Shown in pieces: positions 9,758 to 19,839 of a DNA stretch of 64,000 nucleotides. A model generated the notes under the pieces. It was not told where the DNA came from, searched no databases, and saw only the letters and a program-made list of their open reading frames with translations. The translations under genes and the position numbers were made by a program. Position 1 is the stretch's first letter. Each line of letters begins with the position of its first letter. Source of the DNA: a virus; the IMG/VR virus record IMGVR_UViG_3300020056_000007. The stretch is one strand, 5' to 3'.

Positions 9758-10231
9758 ATGACTACTAACTTTAGCTTCCCTCGTGGAGCATTCGTGGGTT
9801 TCGACCACATCTTTAACGAACTCGAGCAAATGACATTTGATCATAGGCACGGGAAATATCCCCCTCACAACGTAGTAAAGAATACTGAAGACGAGTATCT
9901 CATTGAACTTGCTGTAGTTGGTTTTAAACAAACAGATATTGACATTACTATGCATGATGGTATTCTTACTGTAAAAGGTGATAGAGAGAAACGTAGAAAC
10001 CAAGAACTTTATGTCCACAAGGGCATTAGCGGTCGTAAATTCGAGAGGTCATTTAGGCTCTCTGAATTCGTAGAAGTCACAGGAGCTGATCTGGAAGATG
10101 GATTGCTTACAATTCACTTGGAGCGAATTCTTCCTGAAGAGAAGCGTCCCCGTAAAATTTCAATTAACGGGGTATTAACAAATGACTCAACTAGTACTGG
10201 AAGTAAGCAACTTCTTAACGAAACCGCTTGA
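9758..10231 (+). CDS. Small heat shock protein Hsp20
   Basis: YPPHNV, IELAVVGF, HKGISGRKF, LEDGLL; AGGAGG RBS before ATG 9758. Confidence 0.92.
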   Translation: MTTNFSFPRGAFVGFDHIFNELEQMTFDHRHGKYPPHNVVKNTEDEYLIELAVVGFKQTDIDITMHDGILTVKGDREKRRNQELYVHKGISGRKFERSFRLSEFVEVTGADLEDGLLTIHLERILPEEKRPRKISINGVLTNDSTSTGSKQLLNETA

Positions 10232-10433
10232 AGGTCTTTTCGATTTTCTTCAATCTTGGAACGCATACGTAAAGCGTCAAAGAAAAATCAATGAAACTGT
10301 GAAAGAATTATCACGGTTAACTGATTATGAATTGAATGATATTGGAATTGCCAGAGGCGATATTTATTCAATCGCTAAAGGCGATACTGATATGAAAAGA
10401 TCAGTAAACCAAAACTTGAAAGGATGGGTATAA
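10182..10433 (+). CDS. DUF1127 (YjiS-like) small protein
   Basis: RKINETVKELSRLTDYELNDIGIARGDI. Confidence 0.8.
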   Translation: MTQLVLEVSNFLTKPLEGLFDFLQSWNAYVKRQRKINETVKELSRLTDYELNDIGIARGDIYSIAKGDTDMKRSVNQNLKGWV

Positions 10434-10612
10434 TGACTGCATTAGTAATGAAATACACATTCGCACCTCTTCAAGGGTTTTGGTCCGGCTTTAATAATTT
10501 CTGTGAAATAGCAGGATATAGTAGAGCCGCAGCACATCTTGCTAATATGGGTTTGCACGAAGAAGCAAAACATTGTATGATGCAAGTAAAATCACTTAGA
10601 GGGGAGCGTTAA
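10424..10612 (+). CDS. Small hypothetical protein
   Basis: ORF coupled to the previous gene, followed by a GC hairpin. Confidence 0.55.
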   Translation: MGIMTALVMKYTFAPLQGFWSGFNNFCEIAGYSRAAAHLANMGLHEEAKHCMMQVKSLRGER

Positions 10613-10647
10613 GCTCCTCTCCTACACACAACACACAGGAGGCCAAA

Positions 10648-10884
10648 ATGGCAAATAACCCTTATCAAATTCGTTACGACGTATTGAATATGGCAAAAGA
10701 TATGCTTGATAAACAATACGATATTCAAATGGAAGTTGCTTATAAAGCAATGGACATGTATAAAGACAATGCTGAACAAGCACTAGAAGCTTATAAAAAT
10801 TATATTCCAAAGGCAATTACACCTGAGGAAATTAAAGCACAAGCAGATAAGCTTTATGAATTTGTCACAACAAAAGAAAAATAA
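10648..10884 (+). CDS. Small hypothetical protein
   Basis: Strong AGGAGG RBS; terminator follows. Confidence 0.7.
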   Translation: MANNPYQIRYDVLNMAKDMLDKQYDIQMEVAYKAMDMYKDNAEQALEAYKNYIPKAITPEEIKAQADKLYEFVTTKEK

Positions 10885-10887
10885 TGG

Positions 10888-10910
10888 AAAGGGGCTTTTG
10901 CCCCTTTTTT
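10888..10910 (+). terminator. Rho-independent terminator
   Basis: aaaGGGGC-tttt-GCCCC-tttttt. Confidence 0.85.
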
Positions 10911-10917
10911 CATTTAA

Positions 10918-10925
10918 TATAAATA
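10918..10925 (+). promoter_or_regulatory. T4-type late promoter for the endolysin
   Basis: TATAAATA 30 nt upstream of ATG 10956. Confidence 0.75.
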
Positions 10926-10955
10926 TACATACTAGCAACAAAAAAGGAAAATACT

Positions 10956-11423
10956 ATGGGATTTAATTTATCTTCACGAAGCCGTTTAAAATTAGAGGGT
11001 GTACACCCTGATATGGTTTCCGTGGTTGAAAGAGCCATTGAATTAACAAAAGTAGATTTTGGTGTAACATATGGCGTACGCTCAGTTGAAGAACAAGAAA
11101 AACTTGTTGCTTCGGGTCGTTCTCAAACAATGAAATCAAAACATTTAATTCAAGATTCAGGTTATTCTCACGCAGTAGATGTAGTAGCATATGATGGATC
11201 AGATGTAGTTTGGGAGCTTAATGTATATGACGATATTTGTGATGCTTTCAAACAAGCCGCTGAAGAGCTTGGAGTAGCGATTAAGTGGGGAGCCGCTTGG
11301 TCAGAAGGAGATATTAGGGACTACCCTGGATCTGCCGAAGATGCTATGAACGCATATATAGATCTTCGTCGCAGTCAAGGTCGGAGGCCTTTTATCGATG
11401 GACCGCATTTCGAACTTATGTAA
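10956..11423 (+). CDS. Endolysin, M15 family L-Ala-D-Glu peptidase
   Basis: LEGVHPD, SKH, HAVD, DGPHFEL motifs; late promoter. Confidence 0.85.
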   Translation: MGFNLSSRSRLKLEGVHPDMVSVVERAIELTKVDFGVTYGVRSVEEQEKLVASGRSQTMKSKHLIQDSGYSHAVDVVAYDGSDVVWELNVYDDICDAFKQAAEELGVAIKWGAAWSEGDIRDYPGSAEDAMNAYIDLRRSQGRRPFIDGPHFELM

Positions 11424-11751
11424 AGTATTATTAACTACAATTATTTTTTCTTTAATAGCGTGTCATCCTGTTTTATCACAGGAAAGAATACCCAAAGGCG
11501 TTATTATTCCTAAGATGACAAATCTCGCCTGTGGTGATTTAGAAAGTCTTGTAAATTATCTTAACGATTCAGGCCATGAAATGGTTTTTATGGGTGCTAC
11601 TATTAGTTCAGGTATTTTTGATTCTTTATGGATACATCATGAAAACAAACAATATGTTATGATAAGAGCTACCCCTGACAAATTAGAAGGCTGTATGCTT
11701 AGTAATGGAGTAATTGTTCATAACGGATTTGAGAAAAAAACTTTACTTTAA
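11398..11751 (+). CDS. Hypothetical exported protein
   Basis: N-terminal hydrophobic signal-like stretch. Confidence 0.5.
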   Translation: MDRISNLCKVLLTTIIFSLIACHPVLSQERIPKGVIIPKMTNLACGDLESLVNYLNDSGHEMVFMGATISSGIFDSLWIHHENKQYVMIRATPDKLEGCMLSNGVIVHNGFEKKTLL

Positions 11752-11783
11752 CGGTTTACATTTCCTCAAAATTGTGGTAGAAT
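11750..11783 (+). promoter_or_regulatory. Early-type promoter for gp43 (probably leaderless)
   Basis: aacggTTTACA-17-TAGAAT; ATG starts 7 nt after the -10. Confidence 0.75.
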
Positions 11784-11789
11784 TATATT

Positions 11790-14279
11790 ATGTCAAAGTT
11801 TTATACATCTGTCGTGCGATACGGCAATTCAATGTTATACCGTGGTTACGATTACTCTCGCGAACCAGTTTATCGTAAAGATAAATTTAAACCAGAATTC
11901 TTTGTTGTTTCAGATAAAGATACTGGTTGGCGTGGTTTAGATGGACAACAAATCGGTGCTTTACCGTTTGATTCCATGCGTGATGCTAAAGGTTGGCTAG
12001 ATCAAAATAAAGATGTAGCCAATCGTAAGATTTATGGTAATCCTAACTACATTCAACAATACATCACATCAAAGTTTCCAAAAGATATAAAATTCAATCG
12101 CGAATGGATTAACGTTTGTACGATTGATATTGAAACTGAATATGATGATGGCTTCCCTCATCCGTCACAAGCTGACCAACGTGTATTGGCTATTACTGTA
12201 AAGTCTAGTAAGTCTGAAAGATATATCGTTTGGGGTTATGGTGACTATGATGTAGATAAAGCTCTTATCAAACCAGTCAAATATATCAAATGTGTCAACG
12301 AAGAAGATCTGTTCGAACAATTTATTGAATATTGGTCTAACCCTCGTAATACACCGGATGTGATTACGGGTTGGAATACTCGTTTCTTTGATATACCTTA
12401 CCTCGTTAATCGTTGTGCTAAGATCCTCGGTTTGGAAGCTATTAAAAAGTTTTCGCCTTGGGGTATGATCGATTATCGTAAGATTACTCGCCGCGGCCGT
12501 GAGGAAGATGTTTATGATATTAAAGGTATCCAAACGCTGGATTATCTTGAATTATTCCAAAAGTTTGGATATACCTATGGACCACAAGAATCATACAAAC
12601 TTGATCATATAGCTTATGTCGTTCTTGGCGAAAAGAAACTTTCGTACGAAGAATCTGGTTCATTGCGCAATCTGTATAAAGATGATTTCCAAAAGTACAT
12701 TGACTATAACATGAAAGATGTGCAATTGGTTGATCGCCTTGAAGAAAAGCTTGGCCTTATCACATTGGCTATGACGATTGCGTATAAAGGCGGTGTCAAT
12801 TATCAAGATACATTTGGCACTACTGCGATATGGGAATCAATCATATATCGTAAACTCAACTCTCAAAAAGTGGTTCCACCTGCATTTGTCCCTGAAGCTC
12901 ATAAATCTAAGTTTGCTGGTGGCTATGTCAAAGAACCACAAACTGGTGCACATGACTGGGTGGTATCATTTGATTTGAATTCTCTATATCCTAATCTTAT
13001 TGTTCAATATAATATGTCACCTGAAACATTAGTCAATCAAAGTCAAATGAACAGTGTTGAATATTACCTCAGTGGTAATACAGTAACAGAAAATAAATTT
13101 GCGGTGGCAGCAAATGGTTCGACATATCGAAAAGATTTCGATGGTGTGATTCCTACTATTATTGAAGATTATTATTCTGAACGTGCAGCTGTAAAGAAAA
13201 TGCAGCTTGCTGCGGAAAAAGAATATCAACGGACTAAGAATGAAAGTCTTCAGTCTGAAATCAATACCCTTGGTAACCAACAGATGGCTATTAAAATTCT
13301 AATGAATAGTCTTTATGGTGCATTAGGCAATCAATATTTTAAGTATTTTGATCTCAGACTTGCTGAAGGTGTAACTTTGTCCGGTCAGCTCGCAATTCAG
13401 TGGGCTGAAAAAGCTATGAATATGGAGATGAACAATGTTCTCAAAACTGAAGACGTGGACTACGTTATTGCGATTGATACTGATAGTTTGTATATTAATA
13501 TGGGTCCTATTGTAAATAAATTCAAGCCTAAAGATCCTGTTAAATTCTTAGATAAAATATGTTCTGAACATTTTGAACCGGCATTAGCAAAGTCTTATGA
13601 TAAACTTTATTATAATATGAATGCTCATAAAAATCGTATGGTTATGGCTCGTGAAGTAATTGCTGATCGTGGAATATGGACCGCTAAGAAAAGATACATA
13701 CTCAATGTGCATAACTCTGAAGGTGTACAATATGCTGAACCTAAACTAAAGATTATGGGAATTGAAGCTATTAAGTCATCTACACCTGAAGTAGTTCGCG
13801 ACAAATTTAAAGAAGTATTTAAAATCATTTTATCTGGTTCAGAAGCTGAAACACAAAAATATATTGCTGACTTTAAACAACAATTTAGCAATCTACCACC
13901 AGAACAAGTAAGTTTTCCTCGATCAGTTTCAAACATTACAGATTGGATGGAACGTGGTTCATATAAGAAAGGTACACCTATTCATGTTCGTGGTTCTATT
14001 TTGTACAATAAATATCTCAAACAGAATAAGCTACAAAAGAAATATGAGCTTGCGGTAAATGGCGATAGAATTAAATTTACATATCTTCGTATGCCTAATC
14101 CAATTCATGAAAATATTATTGCATACCCTGATGTGTTACCTGAAGAATTTAAATTGCATAAGTACGTAGATTATGACAAGCAATTTGAAAAAACTTTCAT
14201 TGAACCACTTAACTTCATACTTAATGCAGTTGGTTGGTCAGCTGAAGAACAAGCAACGTTAGAGGATTTTTTCGTATAA
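11790..14279 (+). CDS. 43: Family B DNA polymerase gp43
   Basis: DIET exonuclease motif, [23 protein letters not shown]-terminal LEDFF clamp-binding motif. Confidence 0.97.
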   Translation: MSKFYTSVVRYGNSMLYRGYDYSREPVYRKDKFKPEFFVVSDKDTGWRGLDGQQIGALPFDSMRDAKGWLDQNKDVANRKIYGNPNYIQQYITSKFPKDIKFNREWINVCTIDIETEYDDGFPHPSQADQRVLAITVKSSKSERYIVWGYGDYDVDKALIKPVKYIKCVNEEDLFEQFIEYWSNPRNTPDVITGWNTRFFDIPYLVNRCAKILGLEAIKKFSPWGMIDYRKITRRGREEDVYDIKGIQTLDYLELFQKFGYTYGPQESYKLDHIAYVVLGEKKLSYEESGSLRNLYKDDFQKYIDYNMKDVQLVDRLEEKLGLITLAMTIAYKGGVNYQDTFGTTAIWESIIYRKLNSQKVVPPAFVPEAHKSKFAGGYVKEPQTGAHDWVVSFDLNSLYPNLIVQYNMSPETLVNQSQMNSVEYYLSGNTVTENKFAVAANGSTYRKDFDGVIPTIIEDYYSERAAVKKMQLAAEKEYQRTKNESLQSEINTLGNQQMAIKILMNSLYGALGNQYFKYFDLRLAEGVTLSGQLAIQWAEKAMNMEMNNVLKTEDVDYVIAIDTDSLYINMGPIVNKFKPKDPVKFLDKICSEHFEPALAKSYDKLYYNMNAHKNRMVMAREVIADRGIWTAKKRYILNVHNSEGVQYAEPKLKIMGIEAIKSSTPEVVRDKFKEVFKIILSGSEAETQKYIADFKQQFSNLPPEQVSFPRSVSNITDWMERGSYKKGTPIHVRGSILYNKYLKQNKLQKKYELAVNGDRIKFTYLRMPNPIHENIIAYPDVLPEEFKLHKYVDYDKQFEKTFIEPLNFILNAVGWSAEEQATLEDFFV

Positions 14280-14283
14280 CGTA

Positions 14284-14312
14284 TTTACAATTAATGAAAA
14301 ATGGAGTATAAT
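14284..14312 (+). promoter_or_regulatory. Early-type promoter
   Basis: TTTACA-17-TATAAT. Confidence 0.6.
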
Positions 14313-14318
14313 AGAATC

Positions 14319-14438
14319 ATGAAAAAAACATTGAAAGCGTTTAAAGACAAATATGGTGAAGGTACAGCGGCAGATTTAGACTATGGCAAATTAATTATTC
14401 TTGGTCTTTGTATTTACATCGCAGTACAGGTATCTTAA
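14319..14438 (+). CDS. 39-aa small membrane peptide (not in ORF track)
   Basis: MKKTLKAFKDKYGEGTAADLDYGKLIILGLCIYIAVQVS; ATG 7 nt after the -10. Confidence 0.55.
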   Translation: MKKTLKAFKDKYGEGTAADLDYGKLIILGLCIYIAVQVS

Positions 14439-14439
14439 T

Positions 14440-14853
14440 ATGAGTGAAAATTGGGTAAAAGATATCAATGAAATGCACCAGAAATATGGTGTACATGATT
14501 GGTTTGAAAATAACAAAGATAACAAAGATCTTATGAAAAAGTATCTTATGTTTCGTCTTTTGATGTGTAATGAGGAATTGCATGAAACAATGCAAGCAAT
14601 TAATAATGGCGATCCCGAGGAAACCGTTGACGGTCTTATTGACCTTTGTGTTTTTGCTATCGGTACTCTCGACGTTTTTGGTGTAGATGCCAATAAAGCA
14701 TGGGATGAAATTTATAAAGCAAATATGGCCAAAAAAGCAGGCGTAAAACCTGGTAGACCAAATCGCTTTGGTTTGCCTGATTTATTAAAACCTGGTGGAT
14801 GGCAACCACCAAGTCATGAGGATAATCATGGAGATCTCTCTAACGCTCTTTAA
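14440..14853 (+). CDS. MazG-like all-alpha NTP pyrophosphohydrolase (possible dCTPase)
   Basis: NEELHET, ETVDGLIDLCVF, ANMAK, DLLKP; probable start at ATG 14440. Confidence 0.75.
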   Translation: MSENWVKDINEMHQKYGVHDWFENNKDNKDLMKKYLMFRLLMCNEELHETMQAINNGDPEETVDGLIDLCVFAIGTLDVFGVDANKAWDEIYKANMAKKAGVKPGRPNRFGLPDLLKPGGWQPPSHEDNHGDLSNAL

Positions 14854-15754
14854 GAGTGTATTTGATAATAAAACTCATCGTCGCATGGACTTATCTAGTT
14901 TTGATGAGTTTAAAGATCTGTTGTATAAATTGTCTAAGCAACCACTTGAGTCTAAAGAAGAAGCACAATTAATATCTCCTGCCACTTACCAACCCAATAC
15001 AACTCGAGCTAATGACAATGTAGTTGATTGGGGTGGTTGGTGTGCTATTGATGTTGATGACCACAAGTTTGAAGGAGATCTACAAAATGAGTTGGTTACC
15101 TTATATAATAAGTTCAGCTTTATTTGCTATAGTACTGCTAGCAGTCGAGAAGATTATCCTAAGTTTAGGCTTGTGTTCCCACTTACGAAAAGAGTTGAAG
15201 CAAATAACATCCGAGCTTTCTGGTACGCCCTCAATACCGAGATCGGTTCAATTGGAGATAAACAGACTAAAGATTATTCACGAATGTATTATATCCCTGG
15301 CACGTACAAGTCTGCTTTCAACTTTATTTTTGATCATACTGGTATACCTATAGATCCTGATGTTTTAATGGCTAAACATCCAGCTCCAATTAAAACTGGA
15401 AATAATTTTTTTGATAGATTACCTCAAGCAATTCAAGATCAAATTGTAGAACATCGTAAATCAAAACTTGATAACACTAATATTAATTGGTCATCATACC
15501 GTGATTGTCCATTCTTTCCTAAAAATCTGGAATCTGAATATCGTTTAATTAATAATACTGGTTGGTATCATAAGATGTATCAGATTATGGTTGCCATTGC
15601 TGGCAACGCAGTGAAAAACAATTATCCGATTACATGTCAAGAAATTACAACTCTTTGTAGAGAATTTGATATGGAAACTGGTAATTGGTATGAAAATAGA
15701 CCAATGGAAAAAGAAGCAGATAGAGCTTTAGAATATGTTTATAAAAATTTCTAA
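14795..15754 (+). CDS. Archaeo-eukaryotic primase-like protein
   Basis: AIDVDD, YSTASS, KFRLVFPL, KDYSRMYYIP; helical C-terminal domain. Confidence 0.65.
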   Translation: MDGNHQVMRIIMEISLTLFKSVFDNKTHRRMDLSSFDEFKDLLYKLSKQPLESKEEAQLISPATYQPNTTRANDNVVDWGGWCAIDVDDHKFEGDLQNELVTLYNKFSFICYSTASSREDYPKFRLVFPLTKRVEANNIRAFWYALNTEIGSIGDKQTKDYSRMYYIPGTYKSAFNFIFDHTGIPIDPDVLMAKHPAPIKTGNNFFDRLPQAIQDQIVEHRKSKLDNTNINWSSYRDCPFFPKNLESEYRLINNTGWYHKMYQIMVAIAGNAVKNNYPITCQEITTLCREFDMETGNWYENRPMEKEADRALEYVYKNF

Positions 15755-15763
15755 GGAGTTACA

Positions 15764-16483
15764 ATGAAAGATTTAAATTACCATGTGGCTTTAAAAGGCG
15801 AGCTCGGTCATAATATTGAAGGTGATTTTTTATCGAGAGAAAAGCCCGAATGGTTTAAAAAGCATCCTACATTAGTTGATGGAACTATTACAAGTCGTAC
15901 TGATTTCTTGAGAAAAAATTGGGAAGGTATAATGAATGGATTATACAGTCCTCGTGCACTTGCAAATATAAAAACATCTCGTACTTGTCCAGCTTTTAAT
16001 ACTTTATTTAAACATTCAGTTGCTATTAGATTTCCTTGTGATGTTATGATAGAAACAAGCGCCAATGGTGACTATAATTTTCAATATAAAAATCGATTTA
16101 CTACTTTAAAAACAATATCACATCATACGCACGAACAAATGGGGGGAGATCTTGATAATTATATTGCCTTAAAGTTTGAATTCGATTGTACTATTAATGT
16201 TAAAGATACATTTGTTCAATATGTGGATCCAATTTTTTGGAATGATCAACCATATTTGGTTTCTCCAGGATTAGTTCCAGCTACACATTTGCCTTTAAAT
16301 GTCATAGTATTTTTTCCTAAAGTAGATGAAAGATATGTTTTAGATTGCGGTTCAGTATGTGCAGTACTATCTTTTTCAAATCCAATTAGAAAAATTGTAG
16401 AAAAAGATATGAGTAAAAGTATTATGAAAAGATTTTGGGAAATTGATAAACATTTCTTTAAATTGGGAAAATACAATGAATAG
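15764..16483 (+). CDS. Hypothetical protein
   Basis: 239 aa, AGGAG RBS. Confidence 0.6.
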   Translation: MKDLNYHVALKGELGHNIEGDFLSREKPEWFKKHPTLVDGTITSRTDFLRKNWEGIMNGLYSPRALANIKTSRTCPAFNTLFKHSVAIRFPCDVMIETSANGDYNFQYKNRFTTLKTISHHTHEQMGGDLDNYIALKFEFDCTINVKDTFVQYVDPIFWNDQPYLVSPGLVPATHLPLNVIVFFPKVDERYVLDCGSVCAVLSFSNPIRKIVEKDMSKSIMKRFWEIDKHFFKLGKYNE

Positions 16484-16934
16484 CATAGAAACATTTAATG
16501 TATCTTCAATAAATCCTGTTAAACTTAAAGAAAGAGCAGCTGCAGAATGCGATGCTATATGGAAATCTTCATATGATAATAAACAAGGCAGAACTAGAGA
16601 TGATTTAATGATTGATTGTTTAAAAGGTCATGCTGCAGAATTACATCTTTTATCATGTGGCTATAAAGATAATCCAAAAAAGTATATGGATGTATTTGAT
16701 CTTGAAGGTGATACTGTAGATGTAAAAGCAATGATGAATATAAATTATGAATATACTCGTGTATCAATTAAAAATACTTTAGAGCGTGCAAGAAAAAAGA
16801 AACTCTCTTCATTAACATCATCAACATATGAGTTTGCCAATAAGGTCTACATATATCTTATAGAAACTGATATAGCAGAATATAATTTGCAAGGCATTTA
16901 TTGCTGGAATGGAGAAGAATTTATTAAGTCATGA
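16443..16934 (+). CDS. Hypothetical protein, possible PD-(D/E)xK-type nuclease
   Basis: GHAAE...MDV...VDVK pattern. Confidence 0.4.
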   Translation: MINISLNWENTMNSIETFNVSSINPVKLKERAAAECDAIWKSSYDNKQGRTRDDLMIDCLKGHAAELHLLSCGYKDNPKKYMDVFDLEGDTVDVKAMMNINYEYTRVSIKNTLERARKKKLSSLTSSTYEFANKVYIYLIETDIAEYNLQGIYCWNGEEFIKS

Positions 16935-16967
16935 GTATAGAACAAAAAAATGCATTTAAGCGCATTT

Positions 16968-17001
16968 AACGGTTTACATTTGCTGAAAACTGTGGTAGAA
17001 T
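16968..17001 (+). promoter_or_regulatory. Strong early promoter (repeat family)
   Basis: aacggTTTACA-17-TAGAAT with tgtgg; near-identical copy at 29458. Confidence 0.85.
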
Positions 17002-17031
17002 ATATCTATTAAATGGAAAAGGAAAAGAAAC

Positions 17032-17301
17032 ATGAATGCTCTTAACACACTTATCGATCAAACTCAATCTTACATGGTTGAAGCAAACAATAATGGTGAT
17101 AAGGACATGGCTCACTGCTACCTTTGTGATTTATCAGACTTTGTCGAAATCCAACACCTTTTAACAATAGGTGATACTAAGGTTGCTGCGAAACGTATCA
17201 ATAACATGGATACTGCACCTCGTGAAGAATTTGTTGTTGCAGTTGCTAAAGACAAAGGTAATAATTGGGTAGCAGAAAACCTAGGATGGGAAGTAGCTTA
17301 A
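17032..17301 (+). CDS. Early hypothetical protein
   Basis: First ORF after the early promoter, with RBS. Confidence 0.65.
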   Translation: MNALNTLIDQTQSYMVEANNNGDKDMAHCYLCDLSDFVEIQHLLTIGDTKVAAKRINNMDTAPREEFVVAVAKDKGNNWVAENLGWEVA

Positions 17302-17551
17302 TGAAAACTGGATATGATATTCCATTACTAGCTCAACAAATCGAAAATGATATTCGTAATTGGGCTATCAAAAAAGGCTATCGTAAAAATCATGATAGTC
17401 TTCTTAGTGTTTCTATAGTTGATGAATATTGGAGTGAAAAGCTTGACACTGAAAAAGCTTCAGAAATTATTTCGTAAAGAAAAAGTAGAATACATTATAC
17501 GAAGCTATGATGGTAATGTATTAACAGTGTCACTATGGATAAAGGATAAAG

Positions 17552-17929
17552 ATGTCAAAAGAATCTCTAAAAGTACTTCAGAAAGCAGCTGAAGTACAAA
17601 CTAAAAAAGGTAATGATTACCAAAACCCAAACTCACGTGTAAAGCAAGCTGATTACTATCCACGTGGTTGTGCTACACTTCTTGATACAATGTATGCTAA
17701 AGTACTACGCATGCAGTCTGTACTTGAAGCAATGGAAAATGATCCTGACTATAAACCAAATTTTGAATCGCTTGAAGACTCTTGCATTGATATTATCAAT
17801 TATGCATCTTTCTTTGCTGCATATATGAAAAATGGTATTGATGGACAAGATCCTAATCGTGATTTTCTAAATAGGCCGAAAGCAAAAAATGTCAATACCT
17901 CACGTACGCAGGACAATGAATCCGCCTAA
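17552..17929 (+). CDS. Small alpha-helical nucleotide-modification-associated protein
   Basis: KKGNDY...DSCIDIINYASF pattern; at the head of the DNA-modification cluster. Confidence 0.5.
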   Translation: MSKESLKVLQKAAEVQTKKGNDYQNPNSRVKQADYYPRGCATLLDTMYAKVLRMQSVLEAMENDPDYKPNFESLEDSCIDIINYASFFAAYMKNGIDGQDPNRDFLNRPKAKNVNTSRTQDNESA

Positions 17930-18626
17930 GAATTATATATTTGATGTAGATGGTACATTAACACCTAGCCGTGGCCGTATTGATGTAAACTTTTCTTGGT
18001 GGTTTGCTAAGTTTGTAGAAAATAATAATGTATATCTTGTAACTGGTAGCGATAGACCAAAAACTATTGAACAAATTGGTGAATACATTTATGGAAAATG
18101 TCAGCGCGTTTATCAATGCGCAGGTGCAGAAGTTTACAAAAATGAATTGTGTATTTCTAGAAGTGAGTGGATAGGTTCATCAGCTCTTATTGAAGCATGC
18201 GAAAAAGAACTTATATCTAATCAATTTCCTTTAAGAACCGGTAATCATATTGAGCAAAGAACGGGATTATTAAATTTTAGTATTATTGGCCGGAATTGTA
18301 CTCTTGGTGAAAGAAAACTTTATGTCAAATATGATGAAGAAAATAATGATCGTGAAAAAATAGCTAGAAGACTAAGAAAATCATTTCCAGATTTAGGATT
18401 TAAAGTTGCTGGTGAAACCGGTATTGATATTACACCTAAAGATTGCAATAAATCTCAAATTCTAAAAGATTTTGGTTCTTATGATCATATATACTTTTTT
18501 GGAGATAAAACAGGTCCGGGAGGTAATGACTATGAAATATATGAAGCTATCAATGACATGCCATGTGGTAAAAGTTTTGCGGTAAACGGATGGAAAGAAA
18601 CATGGAATACACTAAAAAGCTTGTAG
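17889..18626 (+). CDS. HAD-family phosphomannomutase-like enzyme
   Basis: FDVDGTLT, VTGSD, IEQRTG, FFGDKTGPGGNDYEI. Confidence 0.85.
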   Translation: MSIPHVRRTMNPPKNYIFDVDGTLTPSRGRIDVNFSWWFAKFVENNNVYLVTGSDRPKTIEQIGEYIYGKCQRVYQCAGAEVYKNELCISRSEWIGSSALIEACEKELISNQFPLRTGNHIEQRTGLLNFSIIGRNCTLGERKLYVKYDEENNDREKIARRLRKSFPDLGFKVAGETGIDITPKDCNKSQILKDFGSYDHIYFFGDKTGPGGNDYEIYEAINDMPCGKSFAVNGWKETWNTLKSL

Positions 18627-19036
18627 GTTTTACTTGCAGTACTTTTGATTTATTACATGCTGGGCATGTAGCTATGTTACGTGAAGCTAAAGCGCAGTGT
18701 GATTATCTTATTGTTGGATTACAGGTGGATCCTTCAATAGATAGAAAAGAAAAAAATGCACCTGTTCAAACGATTGTCGAAAGGCAAGCTCAACTTTCTG
18801 CTATTAAATATGTAGACGAAGTTTTAGTTTATACCACAGAATCTGATTTGCTCGACATTCTTAATATGTATCCGATTGATATCCGTATACTCGGAGAAGA
18901 ATATCGAGATAAAGAATTCACAGGAAAAGACCAATGCAGGAGACGAGGAATACAGTTATATTTCAACAAGAGAGATCACCGGTTTTCGACCAGCGATTTA
19001 AGGATGAGGGTTTCGGAATGTTCGAAAAGAAAATAG
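18590..19036 (+). CDS. Glycerol-3-phosphate cytidylyltransferase-like
   Basis: TFDLLHAGH, YLIVGL, YVDEV, FSTSDLR. Confidence 0.85.
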   Translation: MERNMEYTKKLVGFTCSTFDLLHAGHVAMLREAKAQCDYLIVGLQVDPSIDRKEKNAPVQTIVERQAQLSAIKYVDEVLVYTTESDLLDILNMYPIDIRILGEEYRDKEFTGKDQCRRRGIQLYFNKRDHRFSTSDLRMRVSECSKRK

Positions 19037-19839
19037 CAATTGTTGGAATGGGCTTCGTAGGTAGCGCAGTTGCTTATGGATTTAATCATCCATTTGTAGA
19101 ACAACAGCATATTGATCCAAAGTTAGGTAATAGCATCATGGATATCCATGATGATACAGATTTTATTTTTGTCTGTGTACCAACACCTATGGATGATTTT
19201 AGCATTGTTCGAGAAGTGATGGAAGAATTATATTCAAATGATTTTCCAGCGGTAATTATCTTAAAATCAACTGTGCCACCAAATATCATTGAAGAAATGA
19301 TTCACCCAGACATGGTATATAATCCAGAATTTCTTACTGAGAAATCTGCGGCAGAGCAATTCATTAATCCTAATTTCCATATTCTTGGTGGAAGTGATGA
19401 TGCTATTGGAGATGTATTAGATTTATATGAAAGATATAGTCTATGTAATCCGGCACCGTTTTTTAATATGACGGCTGAAGAAGCATCAATTGTAAAATAT
19501 ACAATCAATTCTTTCTTAGCAACTAAAGTCACATTCTTTAATCAGATGTATGATTTTTGTAAGCAATGGCAAGCAAATCCTTCTATAGTTTTTAATGCTG
19601 TAGGTGCTGATCCAAGAATTGGCCACGGTCACACTAAAGTTCCAGGCTTTGATAATAAACGAGGATTTGGTGGAGCGTGTTTCCCAAAAGACACAAAAGC
19701 AATTACAGATATTGCTGGCACAGGTGTACTATCTCTTATCGAGCATGTCATTAAAGTTAATAATGATTATAGAAATCAATATGAAAGAGATGATAGAGAA
19801 AAAGAACAAAATATAGTTTACTTTCCAAAGGATGTATGA
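18934..19839 (+). CDS. UDP-glucose/GDP-mannose 6-dehydrogenase family
   Basis: GMGFVG, CVPTP, KSTVPP, NPEFL, GFGGACFPKD; probable start at ATG 19018. Confidence 0.88.
   Translation: MQETRNTVIFQQERSPVFDQRFKDEGFGMFEKKIAIVGMGFVGSAVAYGFNHPFVEQQHIDPKLGNSIMDIHDDTDFIFVCVPTPMDDFSIVREVMEELYSNDFPAVIILKSTVPPNIIEEMIHPDMVYNPEFLTEKSAAEQFINPNFHILGGSDDAIGDVLDLYERYSLCNPAPFFNMTAEEASIVKYTINSFLATKVTFFNQMYDFCKQWQANPSIVFNAVGADPRIGHGHTKVPGFDNKRGFGGACFPKDTKAITDIAGTGVLSLIEHVIKVNNDYRNQYERDDREKEQNIVYFPKDV

Noticed and set aside
11790-14279. Inteins or introns in gp43 (also checked gp41, uvsX and the RNR)
   Set aside because: The ORFs are continuous and of normal length, with no intein or homing-endonuclease motifs
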